Shown here: positions 24,535 through 36,200 of the stretch, piece after piece | Layout of the letters: the number at the start of each line of letters is the position of its first letter | Numbering within the stretch: the stretch's first letter is position 1 | NCBI GenBank assembly: GCA_036172245.1 | Contig: JAYWIR010000122.1 | Coordinates: forward strand, 62,001-102,055 | Direction of reading: 5' to 3' | Source: Raillietiella orientalis | Lineage: Eukaryota | Length of the DNA: 40,055 bases | Made by a program: the position numbers and the translations under genes | Notes under the pieces: generated by a model | What the model was told of the DNA's origin: nothing | What the model saw: the letters and a program-made list of their open reading frames with translations, nothing else | The model's database searches: none

Positions 24535-26454
24535 GACAACGGCCAGCCGCCTCCCGAACAGGAGGAGATTCTTGCCCAGTGGATGGCATTCCGACTGGCA
24601 TGTCCTCTCCTTGACGCGGTCCACTTGTCCAATATCCCGCGTATGCAACAGAGCACTGCTACACACCCGGAAGCTGGCAAGGCGTCCCGCATCAGGAGTC
24701 GAAAAATGTTCTTCGGGTCGCCCCGCGGAATGTTCAAGATCGACGAGAGTCGGTCCCACATATCGCGAAGGGCAACGCACTCAATGATTGAGTGAGGAAA
24801 GGTTTCTCTTTCCCCACAGTCTGGGCAATTAGCATCCACACTCCCCTTTGTCCAGTGAGACAAGCGCGCTCTGTTTAACAGTTCCCATTGGAGCAGAAGC
24901 AACGCCGTCTCCTGCCACTGTAGGGGAGAGGTGCCGTTATCCTACGACGCCGGAGGCCACTTCACCTCCTCCGGAGGTACTTCCAGCAGCTCGCCCCAGC
25001 GTGAAAGTCCATTCGGCGGGACACTCGGGGTACTAGCGTCAGCTAGTTCCCGGAACGTCCACGCCTTCAATAATTTTTTCCTGCCTCCGATGAGGCAGGA
25101 CACTTCCCACGATGCCTCCTGGTGGCTGTCCCGAACTTCCCTGAGGGAGGGCAGTACTGGGGCAAAGGGGGTAAAGGAGGTCCACAGAAGCTTCTGTGGG
25201 TTGCTGACGATCTCCTGCAGTGGCTGAATAGCGCACCTGCTCCTACGGAGGCAGGAGAAGTCCTCATCGCTGGAGCCGTTGATTTTATCCCAAGCGGAAA
25301 CGGATTACTGGAGCCAGGTCGTCCAGTCCGCAGGGATGCAGGAGATCCACGGATTGTCTCTCAGCAGGGCAACCAATTCCCGCAGCTAAAAACCACAGTG
25401 GTTAAGGCTGCGGTCGTTGGTTACTAGGATTGAGGTCAATCCATGGCAGCCGGTTGCCTGTGAGCCAGGAGTCTTGAAGGTGCACACCAGGGTGCGGTGC
25501 AGTACTTTGCCACGAGGGCAAGCTTACGGAATTGGAGGTGTCGCTCCATGCGCTCCAGCGTCAGGACACCAAGTCCACCGTCCCTGCGTGGAGCGCACAA
25601 GTCTTTAAGACGAACGCGGGGCCTCCGATTGCCCCAGAGGGCTTTTCTAATGAGGCCCCTTGTCCTTTGTCGAAATTGGGGTGGTATGGGGCATACAAAA
25701 AGCAGGTGGCGGAGGAGGGGGGTCGCAAAAGCGTTCCACACCGCGGTTCGTTCCTGCAAGTAAAACTTGCCGTCCCAGAACGGGCCGATCGCCAACTCCA
25801 CCTTTTGTAGACGGTCGGACCAGGCTTCTGCAGCGCAGGAGTCCCTCAACGGAACGCCGAGGTACTTAAAGTACCCGCCCGTGGGCATCCCCAAGCGGAT
25901 CCAGTCCGACCGTCCTGCCCGCGACGAGTCCGTTGAAACGATCAACGACTTCGCCCTGTTTACCTCGAAGCCCGTCGTACGGTTCAGCACCTCAAAAAAA
26001 TCTTGGAGCGCCGATGCCAGGGTGGACCCGGGAAGCAGAAGCAGAAGCTCGTTGGCATAGGCCGACAAGGCAGGCGTGCCGGGACATGAGCTTGCAGGGA
26101 TTCCAAAGTCTCCCTGTATGCACTCAGCACCAACTCAAAGTAGATGCTGAAGAGCAGGGGACTCAGGCTGTCACCCTGCCGGATGCCGCGACGAACCGGC
26201 ACGCCGTACACGTGCCGGCCGCTGAAACTGATGTCAATTAGCGCGAAGTGCCAGCAGGAGCGCAGTTACGCCAGGAAGACGGCCGGAAATCCCAAGAGTT
26301 CCAAAAGCTCCTGGAGGAGCTCATCGTCGACGCAATCGAAAGCTTTACGCAAATCGACTGCGACCGCAAGGGCTCCGGGCGCCGCATCATCCCCCCGGCT
26401 TCCCTCCCCCCGGTCAGTGGAGAGTCCAGGACTCTCCCGACCTAGCTGAGCCAC
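24531..26454 (-). mobile_element. L1/Tx1-like LINE piece B: decayed ORF2 from the reverse transcriptase through the C-terminal CCHC finger
   Basis: RT motifs AVDLRKAFDCVD..LLELLGFP, RRGIRQGDSLSPLLF, SAYANEL (YADD box mutated), GFEVNRAKS, FKYLGVPL, PRRDGGLGV; finger CPDCGERETFPHSIIEC. Multiple frameshifts; no endonuclease domain or 3'UTR present. Confidence 0.93.
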
Positions 26455-29400
26455 GAATGCGGTTCGGCTCTCCCTAACGGTAATTTACACTTTATAGCAA
26501 ATGGAGGCGTCGGTAAGAGGCGCTTCAGCGCAATAGTGAAATCTGCTGATTTCGATTTGAATCTAAAACCAAAAGAGCTGCAAATTTGGAAATCACCATG
26601 AAATTGAGCGTAACAAAACATTCCCTATATAATTCCGACACAGGTTACTATGAAAACAACACTGGGTCCAAAGTAGTGAGCCGTAATGAAGTGTCGATGT
26701 CTTCTCAATATTACCCTGAATCCTGTAAATTGGAATGCTGTGCGGCTATCCTCGTCGGGAATTTTCCACTTACTACAAATGGATGCGTCGGGAAGAGGCG
26801 CATCAGTGCAGTGGTGGAATCTGATGATATCAAATTGAATATCAAACACAAAGAGTTACAAATTTGGAATTCATCATAAGATTGTGCGTAGCAAAATGTT
26901 CCCTATATAATTCCCACACTAGGTACCATGAAAATAACACTCAGCACAAAGTAATGAGCCGTAATGAAGTGTCGATCTCTTCTCAATATTACCCTGTATA
27001 CTGGAAATAGGAATAAGGTTCGGCTTTCCATAACGGTGATTTCCCATTCACTGCGAATGGAAGAGTCGGTAAGAGGGGAAGCGGAGCAAAGCGGAAATCT
27101 GCTGATTCGGAATTGATTACAAAACACAAATTGTGTAAAATTTCGACCACATCACGAATGATAGTGATGGGAAACAATCATTATATAATTCCGACACTGG
27201 TTACCATGAAAACAGCACTAAGCCCAAACTACTAAGCCGTAATAAAGTGTCGAACTCTTCCTATTGTCAAACTGAATCCCTGAAATTAGAATGCTGTGCG
27301 ACTATCCATGTCGGGGATTTGCCGCTAACTACGAATGGAGGCATTGGTAAAAGGCGCTTCGGGGCAATACTGAAATAAGCTGATTTCCATTTGAATAGAA
27401 AACACAAAGAGTTGCAAATTTGTAATTCGCCTTGAAATTGTGCGTAGTAAACCATTCGCTATATAATTCCGACACTGGTTACTAGGAAAACAACACAGAG
27501 CCCAAAGTTACCTGCCCTAATGATGAGTCGAACAATTCGCAATCTTTCTAACAATCCTGAAAATTGGAATGCTGTACGGCTCTCCACATCGGGGATTTGC
27601 GATTCACTGCAAATGGAGGCGTCGGTAAGAAGCGGCTCAGTGCAATGGTGCAATCTGTTGATTTCGAATCGACTATGAATCAAAAAGAGTTGCAGATTCG
27701 GAACACATCATCGAATTGTGCGTAGCAAAACATTCCTTATAGATGTCTGACACTGGTTACCATGAAAACAACACAGATCCCAAAGTACTTAGCCGTAATG
27801 CAGTGTCGATCTCTTCTCAATGTTACCCTGAATCCTCGTAATTGCAATGCTGTTCGGCTATCCATGTCGAGAATTTTGCACTTACTGCAAATGGATGCGA
27901 CAAGAAGTCTCCTAACAGTGTAGTGAGTAAATCTGCTGATTTGGTATCGATTACAGAACACAAAGAGTTGAAAATTTGGACAACATCATGAATGATTGCG
28001 ATGGGAAACATTCACTATATATATCCGACACTGGGTACCATGAAAACAACACTGACTTCAATGTACTAAGCCGTAATGCAGTGTTGATCTCTTTTCAATG
28101 TTACACTGAACCATCGAATTCGGAATGCTGTTCGGCTCTCCATAACGATAATTTGCCCTGTATTGCAAATGGAGGTGTCGGTAAGAGGCGTGAAGCATTC
28201 CCTATATAATTCCGAAACTGATTACCATGATAATAATTGTGAGTCCAAAGTCCCGTGCATTGGTGGAACTTTTCTCACTGTTAGTCTCAATCTAGTAAAT
28301 TGGAGTGCTGTACGGCTCTCAATAAGGGGAATTTGCACTTAACTGCAAATGGAGGCGTCGGTAAGAGGCGCTTCAGTGGAATACTGAAATCTGCTGACTT
28401 CGAATTGAACATAAAACAAATGGAGTTGGAAATTTGGAACACATCATGAAATTGTGCGTGGAAAAACATCCCCTATAGATATCCGACACTGGTTACCTAG
28501 AAAACAACTCTCAGCCAAAAGTACTAAGCCGAAATGAAGTTTCCATCTCTGCTGAATTTTAATCTGAATCCTGTTAATTGGAATGAGGTTTGGATCTCCA
28601 TAACTGTAATTTTCTTTTCACTGCGAATGGTGGCCTCGGAAAGACGCGTCAAGGTGCAACCCTGAAATCGGCTGATTGGGAATTGATTACAAAACAGAAA
28701 GTGTTTAAAATTTGGACCACATCACGAATAATTGTGATGGGAAACATTCATTATATAATTCCGAAACTGGTTACCGTAAAAAAAACACTGAGCCCGAAGT
28801 ACTGAACCGTAATGCAGTATCGAACTCTTACTGAAGTCAATCTGAATCCTGGAAATTAGAATGCTACGCAGCCGTCCATGTCGGGAATTTGCCACTTATT
28901 GCAAATAAACGCATCGCGAAGAGGCGCATCAGTGCAATCGGGCAATCTGCTGATATCGAATAGATCATAAAACACAAAGAGTTGAGGATTTGGAACACAT
29001 CATAAAATTGTGCGTAGCAAAGCATTCCGTATATAATTAGGACACTGGATACTATGGAAATAACACAGAGCCCAAAGTACTAAGCCGTAATGCAGTGTTG
29101 ATCTCTTCTCAATGTTACTCTGAATCCTCGAAATCGGAATGCTGTTCGGCTCTCCATAACGGTAATTTGCAATTTACTGCAAATAGAGGTGTCGCTAAGT
29201 GGCGTGAAGCATTCCCTATATTATTCGGACACTGGTTACCATGAAAACAAGACGGTGTCCAAAGTCCCCCCCCCTAATGATGCGTCAAACTTTTCTGACT
29301 GTTACTCTCAATCCAGTAAATTGGAAAGCTATTCGGCTCTCCATAACGGGAATTTGCCACTAACTGCAAATGGAGGCGTCGGTAAGTGGCGGCTCAGTGC

Positions 29401-30250
29401 AATGGTGCAATCTGCTGATATCGCATACATTATAAAACACGATGAGTTGCAGATTTGGACACACCATAAAATTGTGCGTAGCAAAACAATCCGTATATAA
29501 TTAGGACACTGGTTACCATGAAAACAACACTGAGTTCAAAGTACGAAGCCGTAATGCAGTGTTGATCTCTTTTCAATGTTGCACCGAACCCTCGAATTCG
29601 GAATGCTGTTCGGCTCTCCATAACGGCAATTTCCTGTTTATTGGAATGGAGGTGTCCGTAAGAGACGTGAAGCATTCCCTATATAATTGCTACACTGACT
29701 AACATGATAATAATTGCAAGTCCAAAGTCCCTTGCCCTAATGATGTGTCGAACTTTTCTCACTGTTACTCTCAATCCAGTAAATTCATGTGCTGTACGGC
29801 TCTCCATAGCGGGAATTTGCACTTTACTGTAAATGGAGGCGTCGGTAAGAGGCGCTACAGTGGAATACTGAAATCTGCTGACTTCGAATTGAACATAAAA
29901 CAAATGGAGTTGGAAATTTGGAACACATCATGAAATTGTGCGTCGCAAAACATTCCCTATATAATTCCGTCACTGGTTACCATGAAAACAACACGGAGTC
30001 CAAGGTCCATCGCCCAAATGATGTCTGGAACTTTTCACAATGCTACTCTCAATCTAGAAAATTGGAATGCTGTAAGGCTCTTCACATCGGGGATTTGCCA
30101 ATCACTGCGACTGGAGGCGTCGGTAAGAAACGGCAAAGTGCAATGGTGAATCTGTTGATTTCGAATCGATTATGAATCAAAAAGAGTTACAGATTCGGAA
30201 CACGTCATGAAATTGTGCGTACCAAAACATTTTCTATATAAATCCCACAT
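26455..30250 (+). repeat. Tandem satellite array S1, ~278-bp diverged monomers (11 near-full-length plus 3 short 186-187 bp units, plus partial ends)
   Basis: TATATAATTCC-like anchor at 26626, 26904, 27182, 27460, 27738, 28016, 28203, 28474, 28752, 29030, 29217, 29494, 29680, 29958, 30235. Confidence 0.96.
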
Positions 30251-33200
30251 ATTGTACCCTATTAAAAGTCATTTGGAACCACGAAACACTGTAAACTTAG
30301 ACCACAAAAGAAATTTCCCGTTCAGAAAACTTGATCTCCGTGTTACAAAAATGGTTGCCATTAAAACAACTCAAAGTCCAGTGAGCCTATACCTGAAGTA
30401 GTTTGCACTTGTTGTGATTTATTCACTTTTAGTGAAAAATGGGGTGGGAATGGGCATGTGATAAACGTTAATTTGCATCCCCGTGAAGAGGGACCAATGA
30501 CAATGCTCCGAAGGAGTGCAATGGCCGAGTGGACGTAATTAGAATTCATCTGTAACCACCAAACACTGGAAATTTAGCCCACAAAAAAAAAATCCAGGTC
30601 CAGAAACTTGATCTCCGTATTACAAAAATGGTTGCCATGAAAGCAACTCCAAGTCTAGTCTGCCGAATCCTGAAGAATTTCGCACTTGTTGTGATTTATT
30701 CACTTGTTGAGAGGGATGGAGTTGCAATGGGCATGTGATAAACCTGCATTTGCATTACCGTGGAGAAACACCCGAGAGAATGCTCCGAAATAGGCAATGG
30801 TTGATTGGAAGCAAGCAGAATTCATTTGCAACCACCAAACCCAAGAAATTTAGAGCACAAAAGGAATTCCGCGGTCATAAGACTTGATCTCCGTATTACG
30901 AAAATGGTTGCCATTAAAACAACTCAAAGTCTAGTGTGCCTATCAATGAATAAGTTTGCGCATGTTATGATTTATTCACTAGTTACAAGGGATGGCTTTG
31001 CGATGGGCATGTGATAAACGCGAATTTGCATCACCGTTGCGAAACCCATTTAGGATACTCCGAAGGAGTGCAATGGCGGATTGGACGCAATTAGAATTCA
31101 TTTGGAATCCCGTAACACTAAAAATTTTGACCACAAAAGGAATTTCGCGATCAGAAAACTTGATCTCCGTACTACAAAAATGGTTGCAAAAAAAACAACT
31201 CAAAGTCCTGTGTGCCTATTGCTGAAAAAGTTTTCTCTTTTTGTGGTTTATTTACTGTTTGCAAGGGATGGACTTGCAATATGCATGTGAGAAACTTGCA
31301 CATGCACAACCGTGGAGAGTAAACCGTCAGAATGCTCCGAAGGAAGAAATGTTTCATTGGACACAATTAGAATTCATTTGAAACAACCAAACCCTAGAAA
31401 TTGAGACCACAAATGGAATTTCCCGGTCATAAAACTTGATCTCCGTATTAGATAAATGGATGCCATGAAAGCAACTCAAAGTCCCTTGTGCCTATCCCTG
31501 AACAACCTAGCGCTTGTTGTGATTTATTCAGTTGTTACAAGGGATAGCGTTGCAATGGCCATGTCATAAACGTGAATTTGCATCCCCGTGGAGAGGGACT
31601 TTTAAGAATGCTCCGAAGAAGTGCAATGGTTGATTGGACGCAATTGGCATTCATTTCCAACCACAAAACACTAAAAATTTAGACCACAAAAGGAATTTCC
31701 CGGTCAAAAAACTTGATTTCCGTATTACAAAAATGGTTGCCGTCAAAGCAACTCAAAGTCCAGTGTGCCGATACCTGAAGAAGTTCGCACTAGTTGTGAT
31801 TTATTCACTTGTTCCAAGGGATGAGGTTGGAATGGGCATGTGATAAAGAAGCATTTGCATAACCGTGGAGAGACACCCGAGAGAATGCTCCGAAGGAGGC
31901 AATGGTTGATTGGACGCAAAAAGAGTTCATTTGGAATCACCAAAAATTTGGAAATTTAGACCACCAAAGGAATTTCCCGGTCATCAAACTTGATCTCCGT
32001 ATTACACAAATGGTTGCCATGACAACAACTCAAAGTCCAGTGTGCCTATGCCTGAATCAGTTTGCGCTTTTTGTGATTTATTCACTTGTTGCAAGGGATG
32101 GGGTTGCAATGGTCATGTGGCAGAAGTGCATTTGCATTACCGTGGATGGGGAACCGTGAGAATGCTGCGAAGGAGGAAATGTTTGATTGGACACAATTCA
32201 AATTCGTTCTGAACCACCAAACCCTTAAAATTTAGACCACAAAAGGAATTTCGCGGTCATAAAACTTGACCTCCGTAGTACAAAAATGGTTGCCATGAAA
32301 ACAACTCAAAGTACAGTGTGCCTATGCCGGAATCAGTTTGCGCTTGTTGTGATTTGTTCACTTGTTGCAAGGGATTGGGTTGAAATGGGCATGTGGTAGA
32401 CGTGCACTTGCATTACCGTGGAGAGGCAATCTTGAGAAAGCTCCGAAGGAGGAAATGTTTCATTGGACACAATTGGAATTCATTTGGAACACCGAAACAC
32501 TGGAAATTTTGACAACAAAATGAATTTCGCGTTCATAAAACCTGATCTCCGTATTAGAAAAATGGTTCCCAAGAAACCAACTCAAAGGCCAATGTGCCTA
32601 TCCCTTAATAAGTTTGCCCTTGTTGTGATTTATTCACTTGTTGCTACGGATGGGGTTGGAATGTGCATCTGATAAACGTACATTTGCATCACCTTGGATA
32701 GAAATCATTGAGAATTCTCCGAAGGAGTGCAATGTCTGATTAAACGCAATTGGAATTCATTTGCAACCAGCAAACACTGAAAATTTTGACCACAAAGGGA
32801 ATTTCGCGATCATAAATCTTGATCTCCGTATTAGAAAAATGGTTGCTAAGAAAAGAACTCAAGGTCCATTGTGCCTATCCCTGAATAACTTTGCTCTTGT
32901 TTTGTTTTATTTACTAATTGCAAGGTGTGTTGCGACAATGGCCATGTTGTAAACGTGTACTTTCATTACCGTGGATAGGGAACCGTGAGAAAGCTCAGAA
33001 GGAAGAAATGTTTGATTGGCACAATTAGAATGCATTTGGAACCACCGAACACTACAAATTTGTACCACAAAAGGAATTTCACGGTCATAATACTTGATCT
33101 CCGTATTAGATAAATGGTTGCCATGAAAGCAACTCAAAGTCCAGTGTGCCTATACCTGAAGAAGTTTGCAGTTGTTGCTATTTGTTCACTTGTTGAAAGG

Positions 33201-36200
33201 GATTCGGTTGGAATGGCCATGTGGTAAACGTGCATTTGCATAAACTTGGAGAGACACCCGAGAGAATGCTCCTAAGGAGTGCAATTACTGATTGGACGCA
33301 ATTAAAATTCATCTGGAACCACCAAATACTAGAAATTTAGACCACAAAAGGAATTTCACGGTCCTTAATCTTGATCTTCGTATTAGAAAAATGGTTGTCA
33401 TGAAAGCAACTCAAAGTCCAGTGTGCCTAATTTTGAATAAGCTTGGGCTTGTTGTGATTTATTCACTTGTTACAAGGGATGGCGTTTCAATGGGCATGTG
33501 ATAAACGTGCATTTGCATCACCGTGGAGAGGGACCATTGAGAATTCCCCGAATTAGTGCAATGGCTGATTGGACGCAATTGAAATTCATTTGCAACCACC
33601 AAACACTAAAAATTTTGACCACAAAAGGAATTACGCGATCATAAATCTTGATCTCCGTTTTAGAAAAATGGTTGCCAAGAAAGGAACTCAAAGTCCAGTG
33701 TGCCTATCCCTGAATAACTTTGGGCTTGTATTGTTTTATTTACTTATTGCAAGGTATGTTGTGACAATGTCCATGTTGTAAACGTGCACTTTCATTACCT
33801 TGGAGAGGGAACCGTGAGAAAGCTCCGAAGGAAGCAATGTTCGATTGGCACAATTAGAATGCATTTCGAAGCACCAAACACTACAAAGTTGTACCCCAAA
33901 AGGAATTTCGCGGTCATAATACTTGATCTCCGTATTAGAAAAACGGTTGCCATGAAAAAAACACCTCAAAGTCCAGTGACTTTATCCCTGAATAAGTTTG
34001 CGCTTGTTGTGATTTATTCAGTTGTTACAAGGGATAGCGTTGCAATGGGCATGTCATAAACGTGAATTTGCATCCCCGTGGAGAGGGACTTTTAAGAATG
34101 CTCCGAAGAAGTGCAATGGTTGATTGCACGCAATTGGCATTCATTTCCAACCACAAAACACTGAAAATTTAGGCCACAAAAGGAATTTCCCGGTCAAAAA
34201 ACTTGATCACCGTATTACAAAAATGGTTGCCATGAAAGCAACTCAAAGTCCAGTGTGCGTATCCCTGAATAAGTTTGCGCTTTTTATGATTTCTTCCCTT
34301 GTTACAAGGGATGGCGTTGCAATGGGCATGTGGTAAACGTGAATTTGCGTTCCCGTGGAGAAGGAATTTTGAGAATGCTCCGAAGGAGTGCAATGGCTGA
34401 TTGGACGCAATTGGAATTCATTTGGAACCACCAAACACTAAGAATTTAGACCGCAAAAGGAATTGAGAGGTCGTGAAACCTGATCTCCGTATTAAATAAA
34501 TGGTAGCCATGAAAGCAACTTAAAGTCTATTGTGCCTATACCTGAAGAAGTTTGCAGTTGTTGCGATTTGTTTACTTGTTGAAAGGGATGCGGTTGGTAT
34601 GGGCATGTGGTTTACGTGCATTTGCATAACCGTGGAGAGACACCCAATAGACTGCTCCGCAGGAGGCAGTAGTTGATTGGACGCAATTAGAATTCATTTC
34701 GAATCACCAAACATTATAAATTTAGGCCACCAAAGGGATTTCGGGTGCATAAATCTTGATCTCCGTTTTAGTAAATTGGTTGCCAACAAAGGAACCCAAA
34801 GTCCAGTGTGCCTATTCCTGAATAACTTTGCGCTTGTTTTGTTTTATTTACTTATTGCAAGGTATGTTGTGACAATGTCCATGTAGTAAACGTGCACTTG
34901 CATTACCGTGGAGAGGCAACCGTGAGTAAGCTCCGAAAGAAGAAATGTTCGATTGGCACAATTAGAATGAATTTCGAAGCACCAAACACTGCAAATTTGT
35001 ACCCCAAATTTATTTCGCGGTCATAATACTTGATCTCAGTATTAGAATAAGGGTTGCCATGAAAACACCTCGAAGTCCAGTGACTTTATCCCTGGATAAA
35101 TTTGCGCTTGTTGTGATTTATTCAATTGTTGCAAGGGATGACTTTACAATTGCTATGTGAAAAACGTTTATTTGCATCCCCGTGGAGGGGGACCATTGAG
35201 AATGCTCCGAAAAAGTGTAATGGCTGATTGGACGCTATGAGAATTCATTTGGAACCAGCATGCACTGGAAATTTAGAACACAAAAGAAATTTCCCGGTCA
35301 TAAAACTTGAACTACGTCTTTCCAAAATGCTTACCATGAAAAGAACTCAAAGTGAAGTGTGCCTATACCTGAATAAGTTTGCAGTTGTTGCGATTTGTTC
35401 ACTTGTTGAAAGGTATGAGGTTGGAATGAGCATGTGGTAAACCTGCATTTGCATAACCGTGAATAGGGAACCGTGAAAATTCTCCGAAGTGGGAAATGTT
35501 TGATTGCACACAATTCCAATTCATTCTGAACCACGAAACCCTTCAAGTTTAGATCACAAAAGGAATTTCGCGGTCATAGAACTTGATCAATTTATAACAA
35601 GAATGCTTGCCATGAAAGCAACTCAAACTCCAGTGTGCGTATCCCTGAATAAGTTTGCGCTTTTTATGATTTCTTCCCTTGTTACAAGGGATGGCGTTGG
35701 AATGGGCATGTGATGAACGTGCATTTGCAGCACCGTGGAGAGGGAGCATTGAAAATTCTCCAAAGGAGTGCAATGGCTGAATGGACGCAATTGGAAATCA
35801 TTTGGAACCACCAAACACTGAAAATTTTGAAAACAAAAGGAATTTCGCGATCATAAATCTTGATCTCCGTTTTAGAAAAATGGTTGCCAAGAAAGGAACT
35901 CAAAGTTCAATGTGCCTATCCCTGAATAACTTTGCTCTTGTTTTGTTTTATTTACTTATTGCAAGATATGTTGTGACAATGTCCATGTTGCAAAAGTACA
36001 CTTGCATTACCGTGGAGAGGGAACCGTGAGTAAGCTCCGAAGGAAGAAATGTTCGATTGGCACAATGAGAATGCATTTCGAAGCACCAAACACTGCAAAT
36101 TTGTACCCCAAAAGATATTTCGCGGTCATAATACTTGATCTCCGTATTAGCAAAACGGTTGCCATGAAAAAAACACCTCAAATTCCAGTGAATTTATCCC

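Noticed and set aside
24531..26454. Active or domesticated reverse transcriptase gene
   Set aside because: The catalytic YADD box reads YANE, there are multiple frameshifts and stops, and the N-terminus is missing.
29330..29352. CENP-B box-like motif TTCG...CGGG in S1
   Set aside because: Spacing is 11 nt (TTCGGCTCTCCATAACGGG) rather than the 7 nt of the canonical TTCGNNNNANNCGGG.
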